DNA from: a virus
Strand: one strand, 5' to 3'
Virus record (IMG/VR): IMGVR_UViG_3300024349_000035
DNA: 64,000 nucleotides
The notes below the pieces were generated by a model. It was given only the letters and a program-made list of their open reading frames with translations, made no database searches and was not told where the DNA came from. The position numbers were made by a program, and so were the translations under genes. Shown here one piece after another: positions 42,978-52,338 of this stretch (positions are counted from its first letter, which is position 1; every line of letters starts with the position of its first letter).

Positions 42978-45172
42978 TGCCTGTTAATCGTCCCCGCACG
43001 CTGGACACCGAGGAGAACGTACAGGGCCAGCTAATCACCGATGAAGATTTGCAGATATTTCAGGCAGGCAAGACCGACCTGAATTATCTGACAGATTTCT
43101 ACCTGCGTGGGCCGCGCTCCGGCACGTTCTGGCGCAGATTCCCCGCGCCACCTGATCCTGAGCGCGAGGCAGTCTGGAAAGCGCTGTACAAGGAATGGCG
43201 GGCGCAGGGCAAACCCGATCCGGTATTTGCCTACACCGGGGTCGTCTACAACATCCAGTGGGACGATGATGGAGCGCCGGTGTTCTGGCATCATCACGGC
43301 TGGTTGGCAATGCCCTGGCAGAAGCAGGCGTACCACGATCCGCGCCCCGAGCAGACGATTGTGGGCGGTATGGGGTGTCTGGATTGGAACGCCCGCATCT
43401 GGAATGAAGATACGCAGCAATATGAGGCAATCGGCGCTCTGTGTGAAGCGCAACGAGCGCCGACTGTGTTAGCGTGGAATGGGCAGGCGTTAGTACCTGC
43501 GAAGGCAACCGTACCCTTCAAGAAAGGGCGCGATCATTTGTACACCGTGACTACCGCTTCCGGCAGGCGGATCACGGCGACGGGTCATCACCGCTTCCTG
43601 ACTCCGCAGGGGTACAAGATGCTGTCTGACCTTGCTTGCGGCGATTGGCTGCTTGGATGCGACACTGTAGTTATGAGATCGGGGATTTCGCCAGATCAGA
43701 TCGTGTCTATTAGCTATGTGGGCGAACGCGACTACTACGACCTGCATGTGCCGATCTACGAGAACTACGTCGCAGAAGGGTTGGTGTCTCACAATTCGGG
43801 CAAGACGGCATACATAGCCGTATCACTAGCTTGTATGGCAATGACTATTCCGCACTTTCGCGGGTTCAACTTCGCTCCGCAGATGGTACAGGCGCAGGAA
43901 GTGTATTCGTACATCAAGAATCATTTCATGGACACGCCGTTTTGGGAACGGTTCGTGGTGGCAAGTCCGCTGCGGCCTTATCCGCGCATCACGGTCAAGA
44001 ACTCATTTGTCGGGGAGTCCACCATTGAAATCTACTCCATCGAGAAGGACACCGAGAAGATCAGAACCATTGAAGGCGACGTGGCCTTTGTCGATCAGGG
44101 CGAGAAGTTCGACAACCTGGACGACGTGGTGCGCGACATTGGTTCACGTTTGCGCGGGCAGGTGGCAAACCGTCCCCGCGTCGGCAGATTGTGTATCGTG
44201 GCAAACGCAGGTGACAACCCGCAACTCTGGACTCGTTACGATCAGGGTGAGTACCAGCCTAAATACTTCATGTCGCTCAACCCGTCGTCCTACGACAACA
44301 TCTATCTGACTGATGTAGACCGGGACAACTTGAAGCGACGTGTCTCGTCCGACGCGAGCGCCGACGAGATCGACCAGTGGATGCACGGTAGAAGGCCGCT
44401 CGGCAAGGGCGAACACTTCCCCGGCTATCAGGTTAAGGCGGCTACCGATGAAGGGCTTGACCGGATCATGATCGAACGCATTGAAGCAGGCGATCCCGGC
44501 TATGTCCGGCTGGAAAGCCCGCCGCTGCATATCTACCGTTGGGAGATGCCGCCTGATTTTGCGGGCAAGCGGGTGTACTGCACGATTGGCGATCCCGGTC
44601 AGGGCAATCCACCAGATCGCAATTCGGCTCCGATCATGGTGTGGGACATTACCGACTTCCCCAAAGCGCCTGCGGTCATGCGGGCGTTCTACTGGGTCGC
44701 CGGGAATGGAAGCATCATGCCGTTCTTTCAGGAGATGCTCCGGCTCAACGACATCTACCAGACGAAGGACAGATGCGCCTTTGACTCTACCGGGACGCAG
44801 AAGGGGCAGAACGAACTCGCCTTCGCCAACTTCGGCATTATGGCAGAGCCGATGGACATGGCGGTGAACGGCAAGATGTTCGCCATCAACTCGCTCAAGA
44901 TGTTTCTCGGACGGGGGCTGATCAAGTTCCCGTACATTGCCCATCTCGGCAACCAGCTAACCAATTACCGGATACCGGACAACAAGATCAGGCAGGATTT
45001 GGTCATGTGCATTGCCATGTCTGCCAGCTACATCCGGCGTTACTTCTACTACGACGCGGTGGCGGCTGACGAGGAAGAGCAGGCCCGCGTCCGGTCATCC
45101 GTCTTCACGACAGATCGTTATCACCGTAATCCGTATGACAGATATTACAGGGGGTCAGGTAGACCACGATGA
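42977..45172 (+). CDS. terL: terminase large subunit (intein-containing)
   Basis: WQ Q-motif, Walker A GGMG|SGKT split by an intein, Walker B AFVDQG, coupling motif ANA, nuclease IGDPG...DST...DLVMC; directly upstream of the portal. Confidence 0.9.
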   Translation: MPVNRPRTLDTEENVQGQLITDEDLQIFQAGKTDLNYLTDFYLRGPRSGTFWRRFPAPPDPEREAVWKALYKEWRAQGKPDPVFAYTGVVYNIQWDDDGAPVFWHHHGWLAMPWQKQAYHDPRPEQTIVGGMGCLDWNARIWNEDTQQYEAIGALCEAQRAPTVLAWNGQALVPAKATVPFKKGRDHLYTVTTASGRRITATGHHRFLTPQGYKMLSDLACGDWLLGCDTVVMRSGISPDQIVSISYVGERDYYDLHVPIYENYVAEGLVSHNSGKTAYIAVSLACMAMTIPHFRGFNFAPQMVQAQEVYSYIKNHFMDTPFWERFVVASPLRPYPRITVKNSFVGESTIEIYSIEKDTEKIRTIEGDVAFVDQGEKFDNLDDVVRDIGSRLRGQVANRPRVGRLCIVANAGDNPQLWTRYDQGEYQPKYFMSLNPSSYDNIYLTDVDRDNLKRRVSSDASADEIDQWMHGRRPLGKGEHFPGYQVKAATDEGLDRIMIERIEAGDPGYVRLESPPLHIYRWEMPPDFAGKRVYCTIGDPGQGNPPDRNSAPIMVWDITDFPKAPAVMRAFYWVAGNGSIMPFFQEMLRLNDIYQTKDRCAFDSTGTQKGQNELAFANFGIMAEPMDMAVNGKMFAINSLKMFLGRGLIKFPYIAHLGNQLTNYRIPDNKIRQDLVMCIAMSASYIRRYFYYDAVAADEEEQARVRSSVFTTDRYHRNPYDRYYRGSGRPR
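43376..43795 (+). mobile_element. 140-aa mini-intein (no endonuclease) in the TerL Walker A motif
   Basis: Starts CLDWNARI, block B TGHHRFLT, block F YYDLHVPIYENYVAEG, ends SHN followed by Ser +1. Confidence 0.92.
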
Positions 45173-45336
45173 GAGCCACCATTGCATCCCGGCTGGTCGC
45201 GTTTGCCGACTGGCTGATGATTCCACATAAGTTTCCGCGCCTCCTGTACTGGCTGGCGCGCAGGATTGACCGCGCCAACACGCCCTCTGCCTTCGTGGGA
45301 AGTGTTCGGATCAACGCCAACTACAGGAACCGATGA
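45169..45336 (+). CDS. small hypothetical protein (55 aa, below the track cutoff)
   Basis: ATGA overlaps with both the TerL stop and the next start. Confidence 0.6.
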   Translation: MRATIASRLVAFADWLMIPHKFPRLLYWLARRIDRANTPSAFVGSVRINANYRNR

Positions 45337-45554
45337 ACGATCAGGCGCAGAAGCTACTCAATCTGTTTAAGGCAGCACTGGAAGCCGATCAGGACGTGAA
45401 GCAAGCCGGGGAGATGGTGCTGGCTTCGCACATCAAGCGACAGAAGGCCGAACAGCAATCAAAGTCTGCCTGGAAGAAGTTTGCCGACGCAATGGCAGAG
45501 AACACGCTTGTACCGGAAGACATCAAGGCAAAGTTCAGGAGCAATGGTAAGTAA
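45333..45554 (+). CDS. helical hypothetical protein
   Basis: TAATG overlap with the portal start. Confidence 0.65.
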   Translation: MNDQAQKLLNLFKAALEADQDVKQAGEMVLASHIKRQKAEQQSKSAWKKFADAMAENTLVPEDIKAKFRSNGK

Positions 45555-47167
45555 TGCCTGAGACACTCGACATCAGACTCAAGCGCCAGTTCTCGGCAGG
45601 CATGATCCTGTCGGAACTGGATCGTGAGAATCTACCCCAAAACTTCCCGTTCACCGTCTGGAATGAACAGGCGCGACGGTATATCCAGTATTGGGACTAC
45701 TTCGACGGGACGGTGTGGGAAGAGATGATCGAAGTGCCGCCCGATCAGGACGGTGAACCGACCCTCAAGTATCCCCTACAGCTTAACCCGATCAAGACGC
45801 TGGCCTTCAAGCAGTCCTACGTCATCTTGGGCGAAGTCAGCGACAACCCCGGCCCGATGATCCCCTGCCGGATTGAGCCGCGCACGTTCAACGTCAGCAT
45901 TGACGATGAACAGGAAACCGACGAAGCCCTCAAGAAACAGGCCATGCAGATTGAGGAGTTCGTCAACCGGGTGTGGATCGAGAACAACGGGCGCGCGCTC
46001 CAGACGGAGAATGTGCTGGTGCAGCAGCCGATGGGCGGGTGCTGGTTCAGGATGATCGAAACCGACGACCCTGAAATCCCTACCGGTATTCGCATCGAGA
46101 ACGTCATCCCTGACTTCGTGTTCGCCACCCATGATTCCGGCAGACCGGACAACCTGCTGGAAGTCTTCATGTGCTACCGCGTCCCGGCGCGCGAGGCTCA
46201 GTTGAAGTATGGGTACGTATCCGACAACAACTCTGGCCTGAACCAACCCCTGTACGTCGAACACTGGACGAAGAAAGCCGTGTCGATCTACATGAACGGT
46301 GAAATTCTGGATTGGGAAGGGGTGCATTGGGATGAAGTCGAACACGACTGGGGCAGGATACCCTTCTTCTACATCCCGCGTGAACGGGCAGGGGGCTTCT
46401 ACGGATACTCCATCGTAGATGACCTCAAGGGATTGGCGCGGGAGATCAACGCCCGCCTTGCTGACATGGGTGACGTGATCGCAGAGAACGCACACCGCGT
46501 CTGGTTCGTGCGCAACGTTGGCCCAACCGTGCGTACCCGCAATGTCGGCGGGAAGACGATGATTGACCTGGGGACGCAAGCTCCCGGTGTGAGCAATCTA
46601 CCCGAAGCCTTCATGCAAGACCCGCCCGACATCCCGACGACACTGGGCGACTACCCCGAAGTTCTGCATGAGCAGTTCGGGCGCGACGGTTTCCTGCCTG
46701 CGGTGGCAGAAGGTAAGGATGAGGGGTCACAGCGCAGCGCTCTAACCCTTGCCTTCCGTATGTGGCCTTTGACCAGCAAGGCGCGGGCGATCCGCACGTA
46801 CTGGACGAACGCGCTGAACCGTATGAACCGCACAATCGCAGAGATGGGGATCAAGCGCAAGCAGCTTAAAGTGCCTGTCACGGTACTGGATGAAGTGCAA
46901 TGGCTGTGCGAATGGTCGCCCATGATCCCGCGTGACCGCGAACAGCTTGTGAACGAGGCGGTGCTTGCCGTTTCTACCGGATTTATGGCTCCGCTCACGG
47001 CGATCCGTATTCTCGGACAGGTGACAGACCCGATTGCAGAGTACGAAGCGATCCGCGAACACAAGGAATGGGAGAGCGAACTGCAAGCGCAGAACGCCAT
47101 GCAGGACAATCTTGCCAAACCGACCACACCGAAAGCGACCTCCGGCGTAGACGAAAGCCAGAACTAG
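45554..47167 (+). CDS. portal protein
   Basis: 537 aa between TerL and scaffold; YWDYFDG, LNPIK, SALTL...WPL and W...IPRD patterns typical of SPP1-like portals. Confidence 0.8.
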   Translation: MPETLDIRLKRQFSAGMILSELDRENLPQNFPFTVWNEQARRYIQYWDYFDGTVWEEMIEVPPDQDGEPTLKYPLQLNPIKTLAFKQSYVILGEVSDNPGPMIPCRIEPRTFNVSIDDEQETDEALKKQAMQIEEFVNRVWIENNGRALQTENVLVQQPMGGCWFRMIETDDPEIPTGIRIENVIPDFVFATHDSGRPDNLLEVFMCYRVPAREAQLKYGYVSDNNSGLNQPLYVEHWTKKAVSIYMNGEILDWEGVHWDEVEHDWGRIPFFYIPRERAGGFYGYSIVDDLKGLAREINARLADMGDVIAENAHRVWFVRNVGPTVRTRNVGGKTMIDLGTQAPGVSNLPEAFMQDPPDIPTTLGDYPEVLHEQFGRDGFLPAVAEGKDEGSQRSALTLAFRMWPLTSKARAIRTYWTNALNRMNRTIAEMGIKRKQLKVPVTVLDEVQWLCEWSPMIPRDREQLVNEAVLAVSTGFMAPLTAIRILGQVTDPIAEYEAIREHKEWESELQAQNAMQDNLAKPTTPKATSGVDESQN

Positions 47168-47260
47168 CTTCCACAGGAAGCGAAAAGTTGTCACTCCTAG
47201 TGAGACAGTCCGTTGGGAATATAGAGCCTGACGTAATTGTTTCATTAGGAGTGTTTTGTC

Positions 47261-47959
47261 ATGCCAAAAGCCGACCTCAACATTGACGACGAACTGGACA
47301 GCAGCACCAGTGACTCCTCAACTGATGAATCGGGGCGCTCTTCCGATAAAGACGTGGATTACAAGTCCAAGTACATCGGCCTGAGCCGCGTCAACACGCG
47401 CTTGACCAACGAGAACAAGCAACTCAAAGACAAGCTGGCGAACCTGTCGGAAGAATACGAAGGCAAGCTGGCGGAAGCGACGGGCAGCGCGTCGGACGCA
47501 ACCAAGCGGATCAAGGAACTCGAACAACTTCAAAAGGCGGCAGAGGATCGGGCGACCAAGTGGGAGCGCGAAGCAACCAAAGCTGTCACACGCACGGAGA
47601 AGGCGGCTGAAATCTCCGAGAAGTTCCCCGCGCTGGCGAATGCCTTCTTGCGCGGCGATCTCAAGGACATCAGCGACTTCGACAAGCCGGAAGATTTCGA
47701 CGCTTACCTTGAACGCATGAGCAAGCTGGCGGGCTTTGCCCAACAGCAGCAGGAAGAGGATCAGCAGATCGACACCGAGGACGTTGCGCCGCCGCGCAAG
47801 CCCACACCTCCCGGCGCAGGGGCAACCCGTACCGGAAACGGCAAGGGCGCGAAGATGACCGCGCAGCAGATTCGGGATCGCCTGATGGAACTCAACCCAA
47901 GCAACCCCAAACATCAGGACGAATACGACCAACTCATGGATCAGCTTGAGTTGGTCTAA
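47261..47959 (+). CDS. capsid scaffolding protein
   Basis: Acidic N-terminus, coiled coil, Pro/Gly linker and short C-terminal helix; directly upstream of the capsid gene. Confidence 0.75.
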   Translation: MPKADLNIDDELDSSTSDSSTDESGRSSDKDVDYKSKYIGLSRVNTRLTNENKQLKDKLANLSEEYEGKLAEATGSASDATKRIKELEQLQKAAEDRATKWEREATKAVTRTEKAAEISEKFPALANAFLRGDLKDISDFDKPEDFDAYLERMSKLAGFAQQQQEEDQQIDTEDVAPPRKPTPPGAGATRTGNGKGAKMTAQQIRDRLMELNPSNPKHQDEYDQLMDQLELV

Positions 47960-47986
47960 CAAGCATTTGAGGAGAAGTAATCAGCC

Positions 47987-48396
47987 ATGACACTTGGCGA
48001 TTTCGACAGTTACTACGGGCAATCGCCCTGGGACAACCTTGAACTGAACCAGCGCCAGTGGTACGACCCGTACCTGCTGGACGTGTGGCGCAAGCACAAT
48101 GTCTACGGGCAGTTCACGACCTTCGTGCAGAACTTGGCGAACCGCAATGCCAAGACGATGACCTTCAACGGTCTGTACGACATTCACCCCAACACGGACG
48201 CACTTGGCTTGCGTACTATGTGGCTTGATGCAGCATGGGTCGATTCTTTCCAGATCGACATCACGTTTAGTCGCTACGGTGGAAAAATCTCTTATCATCG
48301 CTATGACGATCTAATTACATATTGGCGTGACGGGGGTGGCTCTGAGAAGGGTGTCATCCGGCGCGTCCTGAATGGTAAGCTGGGAAGACAAATGGT
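47987..48396 (+). CDS. major capsid protein, exon 1
   Basis: Follows the scaffold gene; the frame runs into the intron after ...LGRQM-GT. Confidence 0.8.
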
Positions 48397-49329
48397 AAAC
48401 AAAACTGCCCACTAATGCGGTAACGCATTAGTGAATCCTCTCTGGTATCGGAGAAACTCTGGAAGCAGACAACTCCGAGGGAAGCGCAAGCGCCCGTAAC
48501 GACTGAGTGAGAGGCTCCTGTAAATACAGGATGAAGCTACAGTCTGAACTCCGCGTATAACTGAGGCAAGAAGGCGGAGAGGTGGGCAGAAATGACCCAC
48601 CCACTAGCACTTTAATAATGTTTCATATTGCTCAGTGCAACACGGTAGCCATCCAGAAGGGCGTACTCATCTGGTGATAGGCAAAAGGACAACTGACGAC
48701 GCAGTTCGCAGGCCTCACGCAGCAACTTGATTTCCTCAAGTTTACGCGACGGCAAGGTTTGCTCAGGCCATACAAGCAGCAGTCCATGAACCGACTTCCA
48801 GCCACGAATAGCCCAACGCACATAGCGATGTCTTGGTGGCTTAGGTGTGTGATAGGTCAGATGACCACCAAGTTTCGCCTGAACATCGTTCAACAGTTGC
48901 GTATCGTCATCGCGCAACGAAATGTTGAGTGTCGGATAGATGTGTTTGCGTGAAAGCGGTTCGTTGGTGCGGTTTGAGCGCATCTGATTGGCGTACAGGC
49001 CAAGATTGCCCTCACCGTAGAACAAGCCAGCGAACGCCTGCATCCACCAAGGTTCGACATAACTGTAATCAACAGGCGGGGTGCGATAGTTGGAGCGCAC
49101 GCGGATACCGTGTCTAGCGAGTGAGCCACGAATTGACTCCTTCGGGATGCTTAATTGCTGCGAAATCTGTTCAAGGGTTAACCCTTGCTGTTGCAGCAGG
49201 CTCATTTGCTCAATTTGCTCAGGTGTGTACTTTGGTTTTCCGGTCATGAGAACCCTATCTTCGGTAAACATATTGTACCACATGAGACATATTTGCACGA
49301 GCATGAAACGTGCTAGGGGTAACAGATTG
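48397..49329 (+). mobile_element. group I intron (933 nt) in the major capsid gene
   Basis: Exon ends in U, intron ends in G; P2 48410-48433, P3 CCTCTC/GAGAGG, P7 GACTG/CAGTC, P8 CCTGT/ACAGG, P9 CTCCGC/GCGGAG; splicing restores RQMV-DVFDLLSRNA. Confidence 0.88.
48612..49247 (-). CDS. HTH + single-motif LAGLIDADG homing endonuclease, antisense within the intron
   Basis: FAGLFYGEGNL motif, ISLRDDD...LLNDVQAKLGG; N-terminal GLTLEQISQQLSIPKESI HTH; own TG-extended TACAAT at 49272-49277. Confidence 0.85.
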   Translation of the reverse strand: MTGKPKYTPEQIEQMSLLQQQGLTLEQISQQLSIPKESIRGSLARHGIRVRSNYRTPPVDYSYVEPWWMQAFAGLFYGEGNLGLYANQMRSNRTNEPLSRKHIYPTLNISLRDDDTQLLNDVQAKLGGHLTYHTPKPPRHRYVRWAIRGWKSVHGLLLVWPEQTLPSRKLEEIKLLREACELRRQLSFCLSPDEYALLDGYRVALSNMKHY

Positions 49330-50269
49330 GGATGTTTTCGACCTGCTCTCGCGTAACGCGCTCCTGTCTGTCCCGTACAAGCGCTACGCAGTCGGGCGCA
49401 GCGACTTCAACAGCATCACCGTCACCGACAAGTTCTCGATCCCGATGCTGGATGACATCCACCTCGGCATGTCATATCGAGATGTACCCTACGCGAGTTC
49501 GCCAAGCGGCGACGTGGGAACGATTGTCGGCATCATCTCGCCCGGTGTCTTCTACGACATCCAGCGCAATTCCAGCGACAAGGATTGGTTGATCCCGATG
49601 GCGTACTCGCGTCCGGTCAGCCTGCTCCGCTATGAAGTCGGGACGTATCGCAACGTCCGCTGGATCGTCACGCCGAAGCAGACCTTGTGGAATACGGGCA
49701 GCATCACCGAACAACGGACGATCACCAGCAGCGCCGTTGCGGGCGCAGGTTCGCCATCCACGAAGGTCGATGGCGTGTACCGTGTGGGTCAGACCAGCGC
49801 GGCGAAGTACCTGCAACTGGACGCAGGGCCAACCGACATTATGGCGAACGACATCATCACGATCCACAAGACGCGCTCGAACACCAACGGTGTCACCAAC
49901 GGTGTTGACTACACCGAAGGCACGCTGATGAATCGCCGCGTCATCTCCGTCGATACGGTCAATCACCGGATCACCCTGGATCAGCCGATCATGGTAGATT
50001 TCGACACCGACCTCGGCGGCGGTGTGTACGGCTATGTGACGAAGGGCGTTCATATCCACGCTAGTACCTTCATTGGTGGGCCGGACGCAATCGTGACAGG
50101 GGTTGGTAGACCAGTTGAGTTGCACACGCCTCCGCCCGTCGATGACTTCGACAGCGTGTACAGGTACAGTTGGGATTCTTATCTTGGTCATCAAGTTTAT
50201 AATCCCAAAGTAGCAGAAACCGTCTTCTCGGCTGGCTCCGTCCGTATGGTTGGCGAGATGCTCCAGTAG
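49330..50269 (+). CDS. major capsid protein, exon 2 (spliced product 449 aa)
   Basis: GIISPGVFYDI, YEVGTYRNVRWI, DDFDSVYRYSW HK97-fold-like patterns; beta-rich inserted domain. Confidence 0.8.
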
Positions 50270-50312
50270 CATCTTCCGTTAGCTGATATACGCTAACAGA
50301 AAGGGATCATCC

Positions 50313-51041
50313 ATGACAACTTGGCTGACGATGAAAGACTACATCCTTGAGGGGTTGCTCAAGGATGATCCCGCTGCTACGGTTGAAGATCGCCGTTATA
50401 CGGATGCACAGCTTCTGATATGGGCGCGGTGGGCCTGCAATGAACTCTCCCTGCACACCGCGCAGTACACAACTGCAACATTCACTGGAACTGGCACGGC
50501 TCATACCTTTACCGCGCCTGCCGACTCGGTAGAACCGCTGTCGAAGGGCAGCATGATGGTCTATCTGGAAGACGCTTCTACCGCCAAGTATCTGCTCTAC
50601 CGCGAATCACGCCCGAAAGCATCTTGGCCTACGGGACTTGCGCCTGCCAGTGACAGTAAAACCCGGTACTACAGCGAGTATCCATCCGGCACGATCTGTT
50701 TATCCTTCATCCCTGCCGCTGGTACGTCGCTCAAACTCTCGTATTTCAAGATTTGGGATGCGCCTGTCAATGACAACAGCGTGATTCCGTTCCCGACGAT
50801 GCTGGAACAGCCGTTTGCGTATCTCGTGGCGGCGCTGGCAATGGAGCCGCTTGGCGTGCAGGCCAGCAACATCCGGCAATGGAATCGGAAGGTTGACTCT
50901 GGTACGCCTGAACATAATCCCCTGCTGCGGCAGCAGGAACACTTTATCAAGGAAGCCTATCGGTTCTTGGCGAAACTACCGCCGCAAGACCGTGAAACAT
51001 TCTTCCGCCTGGACGAGAACGATCAGGTGAAATATGGCTGA
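50313..51041 (+). CDS. head-tail adaptor (putative)
   Basis: Position after the capsid gene; RRYTDAQLLIWARWA and FAYLVAALA helices with a beta insertion. Confidence 0.6.
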   Translation: MTTWLTMKDYILEGLLKDDPAATVEDRRYTDAQLLIWARWACNELSLHTAQYTTATFTGTGTAHTFTAPADSVEPLSKGSMMVYLEDASTAKYLLYRESRPKASWPTGLAPASDSKTRYYSEYPSGTICLSFIPAAGTSLKLSYFKIWDAPVNDNSVIPFPTMLEQPFAYLVAALAMEPLGVQASNIRQWNRKVDSGTPEHNPLLRQQEHFIKEAYRFLAKLPPQDRETFFRLDENDQVKYG

Positions 51042-51573
51042 CGAGAGCATCCTGAACCTGATTGTTGACTACGCGAACGAACAACTTCTGTACAACCTGC
51101 AATATCTGGTTGAACAGAGCGACGAAACGCGGGGCGGACTGGTTCGAGCCGGGTTGCTACAGGATGACCCGCTCAAGAACGGCATCAACATCCTGACACA
51201 TATTGGCGACCCCGAAGACGAACTGGGGTGGCGACACACCATTGTCCGTGCGGATACCCTGCCGCATCACTCACCCCCGCCCTACATGCTCGGCGGCGGC
51301 GAGATGTGGCACAGGAAGTTCACGACAGAACTGATGCAGTTCTTCAAGACATCGGTGAAACGCGCACGCGCACGCGAACTCGCCAGCGTCATTCTGTCCC
51401 GAACCGAACACGCGATCCGCACGATGAAACTGGGGGTCGGGCCAGATAGCTTTGGCGAATTTGCCTTCAAAGCCTTCGTCCATTCGAGCATCAACACCGA
51501 AGCAGGTGGGGATGGGCAATTTATATGGCGCGGGCGCATTTGGTGGATTTGCTTGACAGAAATAAACTACTGA
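51034..51573 (+). CDS. head closure or tail terminator protein (putative)
   Basis: Position between the adaptor and tail tube genes. Confidence 0.5.
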   Translation: MADESILNLIVDYANEQLLYNLQYLVEQSDETRGGLVRAGLLQDDPLKNGINILTHIGDPEDELGWRHTIVRADTLPHHSPPPYMLGGGEMWHRKFTTELMQFFKTSVKRARARELASVILSRTEHAIRTMKLGVGPDSFGEFAFKAFVHSSINTEAGGDGQFIWRGRIWWICLTEINY

Positions 51574-52154
51574 ATTTGTAATCGATATATTATCTCATTG
51601 AGGCGTTCAATCTCAGATAATGCCTCTTGGTACTCCTGATAGTAGTCGCCGTGTCCTGGCCCATGTTCTTTTGCAGTAGTCAGCAGTCTCAAGTTTTCAG
51701 GACGGTTATCATGACGAACGCCGTTGATATGGTGAACGATCTCATGGGATTTCAATGGTCTACCAAGTTTGCGTGCCATTATCAGGCGATGCTCGGTGAT
51801 GTATTTTGCGCTCTTGTGACTGCTGCGTTTTACCATACTTGCGTACTTCTGTTGCTCTTCAGGCGACAGATGATCAATGTGAACCTGAATGTATCCGCTG
51901 TGTTTGCGGGTTACACCACCTGTCCATTTAACCGAACGCTTACCGCCCTGCGACATACCCTTGCAGTTGTTACACATACCTGTACAGGTATCTTTCAGGG
52001 CGTAGTTGTACTGGACACCGCGCTTGTACCCACAGCCGCCGCATGTGATTGGTACAAAACGAACGCGGCCTCCCGGCTTCTTGACGAAGTAGATTTCGTC
52101 CCAATGGAAGACCGATCCCAAAGCGTTCTTCTCTGGCTTGCCAGTGTTGTTCAT
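51567..52154 (-). CDS. free-standing HNH homing endonuclease
   Basis: EHRLIMARKLGRPL...VHHINGVRHDNRPENL HNH_3 motif; N-terminal CGGC...CNNC. Confidence 0.9.
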   Translation of the reverse strand: MNNTGKPEKNALGSVFHWDEIYFVKKPGGRVRFVPITCGGCGYKRGVQYNYALKDTCTGMCNNCKGMSQGGKRSVKWTGGVTRKHSGYIQVHIDHLSPEEQQKYASMVKRSSHKSAKYITEHRLIMARKLGRPLKSHEIVHHINGVRHDNRPENLRLLTTAKEHGPGHGDYYQEYQEALSEIERLNEIIYRLQIQ

Positions 52155-52191
52155 CTGGAATAGCACCTTTCTTTCTGTTCTATAACTGCTA

Positions 52192-52220
52192 ATTATACCG
52201 AAGCTCCTTGCACGGCGCAA
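52192..52220 (-). promoter_or_regulatory. promoter for the HNH gene
   Basis: TTGCGC-17 nt-TATAAT. Confidence 0.65.
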
Positions 52221-52338
52221 GCAGATTCGGTACATGAAGCAAAACGCGCTCACCCTCTCGCTGCAAACAGGCTGAGTGTGTCAATCGTAAATCTGTGGGC
52301 GACTGGACAGCCCATCTGAGTGATCGAGGAATACCGAA

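Noticed and set aside
47987-48415. Independent 142-aa gene plus a separate 319-aa gene at 49310-50269
   Set aside because: Better explained as two exons of one capsid gene; 49310 has no RBS and lies within the intron.
49080-49247. IS30-like transposase suggested by the HTH
   Set aside because: Followed by a LAGLIDADG motif, not a DDE domain; no terminal inverted repeats.
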